A stretch of DNA of 64,000 nucleotides from assembly GCA_009914755.4 (NCBI GenBank), contig CP068257.2, forward strand, positions 30,912,001 to 30,976,000, written 5' to 3'. Positions 55,864 through 64,000 of this stretch are shown in pieces. The position numbers and the translations under genes are program-made. This DNA is from the human T2T-CHM13v2.0 reference genome, Homo sapiens. Numbering within the stretch: the first letter of the stretch is position 1; each line of letters begins with the position of its first letter. The notes below the pieces were generated by a model, which was not told where the DNA came from, did not search any database, and was given only the letters and a program-made list of their open reading frames with translations.

Positions 55864-55974
55864 TCATCTTGGTCTCCACTTTATGTCTTTCACTCCATGA
55901 AAATGTCTTTTCAAAGCAGTGTTATCCGCCCATGGTGAGTTTAAATAGGCATCATCATCATTTTCTTCCAATCT
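55864..55974 (-). CDS. CFAP298: CFAP298 terminal coding exon, encoding RLEENDDDAYLNSPWADNTALKRHFHGVKDIKWRPR followed by a stop. The 3' UTR continues to about 55665.
   Basis: The acceptor is acttatttccAG|AGATTGG, with the AG at 55976-55975. The TGA stop lies at 55866-55864 on the minus strand. The six exons join in frame and reproduce the C-terminal ~240 residues of the 290-aa protein as recalled. Confidence 0.9.
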   Translation of the reverse strand, partial: RLEENDDDAYLNSPWADNTALKRHFHGVKDIKWRPR

Positions 55975-56272
55975 CTGGAAATAAGTATGTTTTATTCAGG
56001 CAGGCATTTCAGGAAAGTGTTTTGCACATAAAGAGACTGAAGAAAGAGTCCATGACTGACCTCCCCCTCTCCCTGCCCTCTAGGAGCAGGATACTGCCAT
56101 GTCTAACACCAGGGGACACCTGGCAGGACCCCGACAGACCTGCAGACAGAAGCTCTAGAAAGACCCCTCCCCGGCATTCTGCAGAGCTCACTGCTCCCCA
56201 GCAGCCCCAGGTAAGGCACACAGGCTATGTGTGGGCGCCAGCACTGCAGAAAGCCCATCTGTCCCCTGCTAC

Positions 56273-56368
56273 CTTGAGCTCCTCTTGTCTTCTGTGATAG
56301 TACAGCATCAGCTGCTTCTGCTCCTCACTGCTAATAATAGGCTCTCGGGCTGGAGCTCCCTGTCCCCT
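56273..56368 (-). CDS. CFAP298: CFAP298 coding exon encoding RGQGAPAREPIISSEEQKQLMLYYHRRQEELK.
   Basis: The acceptor is ctctgctctcctctttgcAG|AGGGGA, with the AG at 56370-56369. There are 32 codons and a donor AAG|GTAGCA at 56272-56271. Confidence 0.9.
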
Positions 56369-57161
56369 CTGCAAAGAGGAGAGCAGAGCAAATTGTGGAT
56401 TAAGGTGTTCTTAGAGTGACAATCCTGAAGTTACAACAAATGTTTTACGATTGCCTTTGCCGGCTACTAAAGATAAACAGGTCCCCCATGTCTGATCACC
56501 CGAAGTGAAGCATCAAGGGAAGCCTTGGTCTTGAGCAGCCCTGAGCCCTGGACTCTCACTGTGTGGAGACCAGAGGCTGCACGATACCATCTCTGTCTTG
56601 ACCATTCCCAAGGCAGACACTGCAGGCAGGTCCAGTGGGAAAGGGAGGATGCTCAGAGCCACGGACTCTGGATCTACATAAGGTGGAGGGCCCCATTTCC
56701 CCAAAATCACAGCCTAGTGACGTAGGAGCACCCACAAAACCAAGGCGGCCCCTCAGGTTACAGCGCTACACGATGTCCTTCAAAGGTCTCGAACCTTTCC
56801 TCCTCCCCCTCCTGTACACAGCATCAGCAGTTTGAAAAAGCCTGAAATCAGTGACGGGCGAAATTTTACATTTCAAGGAACATATCTGTTTACTTGCAGC
56901 CCTATTTTTACGCTTGAAATTAACATAGTATATTTCCTCTCCCCCACATATTAAAACAAACTCTAGATATTGGTACTCAATCCATATTTTCTTCCAGTTT
57001 TTGTTGGTGTGCAGGAAGAGGATATTTTTAGTTTAAACCCGAGCCAATAAGATTAAAATATTTGTACCAGTAGTTTAAATCTTTCGGATTCACTGTACAT
57101 TTTTATCAGTTTGAAGGGAAATAACAAAAACTACTGACACATTAAAGCAAAAAGTACTTAC

Positions 57162-57293
57162 TTGCTGAATCTTGGCGATAATTTTGGTTTTTTCATTCTT
57201 CCCCACGTAGTCTGAAAGCTTCTTCGTTCTTCTCAGCTCCTTGGCTGCCCACCACAGCTGCGCCTCTGCCTCTTTAATGACGTTGAGCCCTGC
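57162..57293 (-). CDS. CFAP298: CFAP298 coding exon encoding AGLNVIKEAEAQLWWAAKELRRTKKLSDYVGKNEKTKIIAKIQQ.
   Basis: The acceptor is ggccccAG|GCAGGGCTC, with the AG at 57295-57294. There are 44 codons and a perfect consensus donor CAA|GTAAGT at 57161-57156. Confidence 0.9.
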
Positions 57294-58125
57294 CTGGGGC
57301 CAGTCGTAAGAATGGCTTGACTGTGTGTTCCCACCCAGGGGGCAGAGCCCAGCTGAGCCCCTCCCAGCAGGGGGCAGGGGACAGATTTCTCCCCGTGCTC
57401 ACCATGGGAGGCCTGACTCCCGCACCTCACTCTAAGTCCTTGCTGACTTTAGTACCTTCCCTGTTAAGTTTCCACTCATGCCCTGACTCAGTTAACTTCC
57501 TCCTCTGGACAACAGGGAGATCCTATCTCATTTGCACCTTGATCCATATAGTTCGTCTTAGACAGATCTGTAGGCCACTGCCAGGGAAGGGCACTGGCAT
57601 CGTGCTGGGTGTTTAAATCGAGGTATAAAGGGGCTGCCTGTTTACTTCTGCATATTTCATTTATTTAACATGGCTTAGACAAAGAATATTGTCCAATAGG
57701 ATAAGAAGTGAGAAAACCCAAGGAAAATGGAACATGAGGGTCAGAAAATAACATGAAGCAACAGGTAAGACTAGAAACACAAATTTCCATGCAAAGGGAC
57801 TGACGCATTTGGGTAGAAATAGGAAGAAATTAGGTAGCTGGCTTCCTAGCAGCCAAAGACAGTGGAAATGTTTGCAGTCACTCCTGATGAGCGGCCTCAC
57901 AAACTGCGTCCACTGCCTCCTGTGTGTGGGGCCAAACCCCTCACTCATGAGTACCCACTCTCAGGGGCTGCTCCTGAATTCAGAACTCTGCTCTGAAGCA
58001 GGGCATAGCAAACCTGAAAGCTGTGTAGGGAGCAAAACACTACATCCAGAAGAGGGGCATCAAATCTTAAGGGCTTTGGGGGCCAGGAACTCAACCTCCA
58101 GAGTACCCACTCACAAACTACGTAC

Positions 58126-58284
58126 CTGTGTTCCCGACAAGTCTTCCTTATTTTCAAACTCCATGCGGATGGGATCATACGGTGGCAACCCCATGGGGTA
58201 AACAATCATCACCGCGCCTCGAAGCTGGTCCAAGGCATCTTTCACCATCTCCATGGTAACACAGACACCGGCTTCCACTTGTTT
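58126..58284 (-). CDS. CFAP298: CFAP298 coding exon encoding KQVEAGVCVTMEMVKDALDQLRGAVMIVYPMGLPPYDPIRMEFENKEDLSGTQ.
   Basis: The acceptor is ctttctgcttgcAG|AAACAAGTG, with the AG at 58286-58285. There are 53 codons and a donor ACACAG|GTACGT at 58125-58124. The exon is embedded in ORF-track entry 58111..58302(-). Confidence 0.9.
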
Positions 58285-58883
58285 CTGCAAGCAGAAAGCC
58301 ATCGTTATCTACAGTGTGGCTAATCACTTCCATAAATTCGATCAAGATCTTGTACAAGACCCTTGCCAGATACTGCCAGAGCAACAAAAAGAAATCAAAC
58401 AGTTCTTGCTCCCAGAGTGACTACCATCTATTTCAGGGGCTGAGCGAAGCACACCGTGGCCTGTATTATAAAGCAGACGGTGAGCAGCACTGAGCATGGA
58501 GTACAATGAAGTGCAAAGAATTCTCAAAGGAGAAAGAGCCCAATGCTGGCAGCACAGATGGCAGTGAGGATCGGGAGATACGGCAGGGGGAGCAGGCACC
58601 GCAGGTGGGCCTCGAAATGCAGATGGGCTGAAAAGGTACAGATGGCAGCAGGTGCTTCAGGACAAGCTGAAACAAAGAAAAGCAGGCGCCAGCCCCCTCA
58701 GCATGGGGCAGGAAGGAGAGAAGATGAGGCCAGCTCTAGCTGGATCAGCTGAAGTTTGTTTTTGAATGGCCACAAAAGCCAGGCTGAAGAGTTCACCTTT
58801 CCTCTGTTAGGCCACGGGAAGCGACTGCCTTTTCTGGGAAGGAGTGGTAATGTTGAGAGATTTATCTTGTAGCTGATATAGAA

Positions 58884-59344
<461 letters not shown>

Positions 59345-61293
59345 TTATAACGAGCCCCTTCTCACCATACCTGAGCTTGTGCTAATACAGTAACCTGTAG
59401 TCCGCGCTGGGTTTCAAGGAAGGGGCTGGCCGTGCCTGGGAGACCAAGCACATAATTAGAGGGTTGGAGCTTTCGGCCTCACTCCCTTCCTCCACCTCCA
59501 GGCGCTAGAGGTTGGGATCAAACACGTGGCCAGTGGTTTAAGCCATCATGCCTACTGAACAAAAACGCTATAAAAATCCCAGACATCATGGCTCAGTGAA
59601 GCTTCCTGATTGGTGAAGACGTTGATGTGCCGGGTGACACACATCAGTGGGGGCGTTGTGGGAAGCTCCAAATTTGTAGTCAAGCTGGACACAAGTATGG
59701 GTGGCCTGGGGACCTCACGTGCAGCTGGTGTCTGAAATAAGAGGAGTCTTGTTGGTGATCTCACCCTTTAACTTTTAGGTCTGATGCTAACTCCAGGCAG
59801 TTAGTGTCAGAATTGAAGGATCTGCCCTTGACCTGTGGGGTCTGTGCTGTCTCTGAGTAGTTAGTGTCAGAACGGAATTGAATTGACTGGCAGGACCCCC
59901 AGTGGGCATCAGAATGCAAAAGGCTACAGGAGAGCCTTAAAGAAAGCCACAGCTGTGGAAGTGAAAGGAAGAGGTGGACTTAAGAGGCATCATGGGAGCA
60001 GACGGTACAGAACCCCACTTCAAACCTAGAGGTGACAGAAGGGAGAAGTGTTGAAGATGACACTGAGGATTTGCCCTATAAAACCAAGACACTGTGGTTC
60101 TGTTACTGGAAACAGAGAAGCTCATAGGAGGTGCTGATTCTCAGGGACAGAACAGAGAGGGAGAGGAGTGAGGAAGCAAAGAGCTCATTTCTAGAAAACT
60201 GGACTTCAAAGTGCTGACTGGGTGTTCAGATAGAACCATCTCACAACCAGCTGGAAATTCAGGTTGGAAGTGAAGCAAGATGTCAGGGGGAAAGGATGGA
60301 AGCTTCAGAGTTATCTGCAGAGGGTGGAATTTGCATTTGGCAGAGTAGATAAGATACTGAGAGAGGAAGAAGACCAAGGATAAAAAGTACTTTCAGAAGT
60401 ACACAGGCAAAGGGGAGAAGTGAGGCGACCGAGAGAGGAGTTCCACAGCAAAGTGTGGGGAGAAGGGTGCAGAACAACAGCCAGACCACTGTTTTCTTGC
60501 CATGGCCTGAGACGTGCTCACATGCCTAGATGCCATCACCACGCAAACGACGGGCTCAACCAGGGCCTCTCCTGTAGAGCTTCATAAAGCCTTTCCTATA
60601 TTAACAGGCACAGAGCTTCAGGGCAGCCTTTGCTGAGGCTCTTCAAAGATTAGTCAAAAGCTTGGTAAGTTTGAGAAATATTGGTTTAAAAATAACAGTT
60701 CTGCTGAGCAAACCAGGAGAAGCAGAAGAAAAAGTGGTGATCAGTCAAGAGACTTGCAGTTGAGAGCGGTAGCAACTAATATCACCAACACACAAATACA
60801 AGCAACAGATACAGATACCACTTCTTTCAATAGCCTTAAATTCTCTTCCTCCAGATACACATTATCTGTATATCAATGGTATAAATTTACGCTCCTCCCT
60901 CTATAAACTAGCCTTTGTATAAAATGCTGAAGACAATTACAAAAAACCATTTATATCAAATACATATTAAGTCAATCAAGTGTCTGGAGAGCTACTCGAT
61001 GGCCACAATATTCAAATCTCCCCTACTTAACTTTGTTAAGTTCTTCAAAAAGGTAAAAGAAATGAAATCAACATTTGTATTATACATATTTGTATTATAC
61101 GTGAACCTATATTTACATAAGCCAACAAAAATTTGTGTCTGCCTGGAGGAACGGAGAGGCCTCTGGGCAACCGTCAGGATTATGAAAGGAAAAGCTACAG
61201 CCTACCCCAAATACGCTTGTTTCCTTTGCCTCCGGAAGGCTGAAAGAGAAGGCTGGCTGAGAGGCAACTCTGGAAGCCAGAGTTGGAGTTTTA

Positions 61294-61631
<338 letters not shown>

Positions 61632-61649
61632 TCATTTAAAAAAGCCAAC

Positions 61650-61717
61650 CTTAGATATTATTGCTTTGGCTTCTTCTATAGTCTTCTTTAACACTTGCTT
61701 CATCTTCTCATTTGGAG
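61650..61717 (-). CDS. CFAP298: CFAP298 coding exon encoding (A)[22 protein letters not shown].
   Basis: The acceptor is cctttttatttttatAG|CTCCAAATGAG, with the AG at 61719-61718. The exon is 68 nt, starting in phase 1 and ending in phase 0. The donor is AAG|GTTGGC at 61649-61648. Confidence 0.85.
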
Positions 61718-62341
61718 CTATAAAAATAAAAAGGAGAGAGGGAGAAAGAGCTGTCAAATACAAAGCCTCTTCTGAAATACCTCAATCCCCTCTGTCTGAG
61801 TCAGGGGGTAAATGAACTGAGAGAGAGTGCGAGTGTGGAATTTAGGGAAGAGAAGCAAGAAACCTGGCTGCCGGAAGTTAGGTGAAGACCTCTTCCCAAC
61901 AGCAGAGACCTGGAGTGTGCTTTACGCAAAGTGGCAAAGGCTACAAAAAACAGAAATGCATGTCGTTGGGTAAACAGGGCCGGTGAACTTTTTCTGGAAA
62001 GGGCCAGAGAGTAAAATTTGAGGCTTTGCAGGCCACACAGTCTTGTTGGGTGGGATAACTCAGCTCTGCCACGTAGCACAAGAGCAGACAATACTTAAAT
62101 AACTGGGGTAGCTGCGTCTCCTTACAATTTTATTTACAATAGGCAGCTGGCTAAATTTGACCTGTAGCCCATAATTTGGTGACCCCTAGATCAGGAAAAA
62201 ATAATAACTTGAAAGCTTAGAAGCCAAAAAAAAAAAAAAAAAGAAGAAGAAGATGGAATGCCCAAACCTAGGGAAAATGGGGCAAGTTGAAACCATACAT
62301 TCCTAGTAAATAACAGTATTAATTAGACATTGAAAATATTA

Positions 62342-62686
<345 letters not shown>

Positions 62687-63496
62687 TTAATTTAAGAACA
62701 TATTACATATTGGTTTAATGATGAATAATGAACTGTTAACTGGTTCTCATATTTTTTTTCCTCATCTTACCACATCTTCTTACGTAAGAAAGCTGTGGAA
62801 GACAACCATTTTTCAGGTTAACATTGAAAGGAAAAAATACTAGGAATTCTTACTATCCCTGATATTTAAAAAAATGTATTTTTGAGCTGCTAAAGGCCTT
62901 GCAGGAATACTGTTCTTTTACTCCTAACAGTGTTTTAGGGCTGTTCAATTACAGTGTTTTAAATGGCGCTTTTAATGCAGGTTAAAAAGAATAAGCTATC
63001 AAAAAGGATTATCATCAATTCCACATGATCAGCCAAACACTGAAAGGAGAGGAATTTCCTCAGTGTTTTGCCGTGTACTGAAGTGCTCTGCCCCAGAGAG
63101 AAGCATGTCCTTGATCAGGGAAGTCCATGTGCTGACATGCTTTCCCTTTCCTCTTTCACACAGTCCATCTCGAAAGATCCCCCAACATTTGCGAACAGTA
63201 ACAAAACACAACTCTGAATACATTGCGGTGAGGACCTGCCAACAATTATTAGGTGGAAACACATGAAATTGCCAATACTCAACCATTTTTGAGCTACAGA
63301 AGGGAAAGGGTCATTTCATCTGGTTCGTCGAATACATATAAAAGCAAGCTGCAACTTATTAAAGAGCAAGACAAAAGCTTCCTTTATCTACCTAATTCAT
63401 CCTAGATTAGAGTTTTACCAAAGGAGCTACAGAGTACAGTATTTTGTAAGTCTGTAGAGAAATGACGAGGTCAATTTTTAAACGTAAAGAACTGCT

Positions 63497-63775
63497 TTCT
63501 CACACCTGTAATCCCAGCACTTTGGGAGGCCGAGACCGGCAGATCATCTGAGGTCACGAGTTCGAGACCAGCCTGGCCAACATGGCAAAACCCCGTCTCT
63601 ACTAAAAATACAAAAATTAGTCAGGTGTGGTGGCACATGCCTGTAGTCCCAGCTACTCAAGAGGCGGAGGCAGGAGAATCGCTTGAACCTGGAAGACAGA
63701 GGTGGCAGTGAGCTGAGATTGTGCCACTGCACTCCAGCCTGGGCTAGAGCAAGAATCCGTCTCAAAAAAAAAAAA
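63497..63775 (+). mobile_element. 5'-truncated Alu on the plus strand, ending about 64 bp from the donor of the CFAP298 exon at 63839 to beyond 64000.
   Basis: cacacctgtaatcccagcactttgggaggccgagaccggcagatcatctgaggtcacgagttcgagaccagcctggccaacatggcaaaaccccgtctctactaaaaatacaaaaattagtcaggtgtggtggcacatgcctgtagtcccagctactcaagaggcggaggcaggagaatcgcttgaacc... followed by A13. Confidence 0.85.
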
Positions 63776-63838
63776 AGGAACTGTTTTCATACTTATGCCT
63801 GTATCAAGCATGCACATAGAAGAGAAATCCTCACTTAC

Positions 63839-64000
63839 CTTGCCCATTCCTTCGTCCAATATCATCCTTTTTAAACACTGCACCTCCGCTGGGTACGCAT
63901 TTTTCACCCCATTCATCCTTCAATTTCAATTCTTCAATCTGATCATCGGTCAGTCCTTGCATATTAGGAGGGAGAAATATGCCATGTTCGGCTAATTCTT
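63839..64000 (-). CDS. CFAP298: CFAP298 (C21orf59) internal coding exon, 5'-truncated by the window edge. It encodes ...EELAEHGIFLPPNMQGLTDDQIEELKLKDEWGEKCVPSGGAVFKKDDIGRRNGQ.
   Basis: The minus-strand translation is open to the window edge and matches the CFAP298 N-terminal region as recalled. A consensus donor CAAG|GTAAGTGA lies at 63838-63831. The exon ends in phase 1 (CAA G|), which the next exon completes as g|CT = Ala. Confidence 0.85.

Overview
This window is primate (most likely human) genomic DNA, not prokaryotic. Operons, CRISPR arrays and defence islands do not apply, and the supplied six-frame ORF track is almost entirely noise from Alu-, L1- and minisatellite-derived open frames. 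About 27 Alu copies, several L1 fragments, an LTR12-like LTR, a Tigger1 fragment, a MIR and a 5S rRNA pseudogene are present.

Two spliced genes can be read from the minus strand, with clean GT/AG junctions. The complete four-exon coding region of TCP10L lies at 30771-38305 and encodes 215 aa. The 3' half of CFAP298 (C21orf59) lies at 55864 to beyond 64000 as six exons, the first cut by the window edge. Both identifications rest on recalled protein sequence and should be confirmed by BLASTP. If correct, the locus is chr21q22.11, with centromere to telomere left to right, and the roughly 17 kb TCP10L-CFAP298 spacer is the segment transcribed in the known CFAP298-TCP10L read-through.

The observations most worth following up:
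- A dense 1.1 kb CpG island at 27480-28650 with a consensus splice donor, lying about 2 kb beyond the TCP10L poly(A) site and fused to the 5' terminus of a decayed Tigger1 element. This is a candidate transposon-associated promoter of an unannotated transcript.
- Two GT-rich minisatellites immediately 5' of TCP10L: a 10 bp-unit array in the proximal promoter and a roughly 1 kb VNTR with a 31 bp unit.
- A very young AluYa5-like insertion with perfect 16 bp target-site duplications.
- Alus lying within about 60 bp of two CFAP298 splice donors.
- A pair of roughly 230 bp direct repeats flanking the TCP10L terminal exon.
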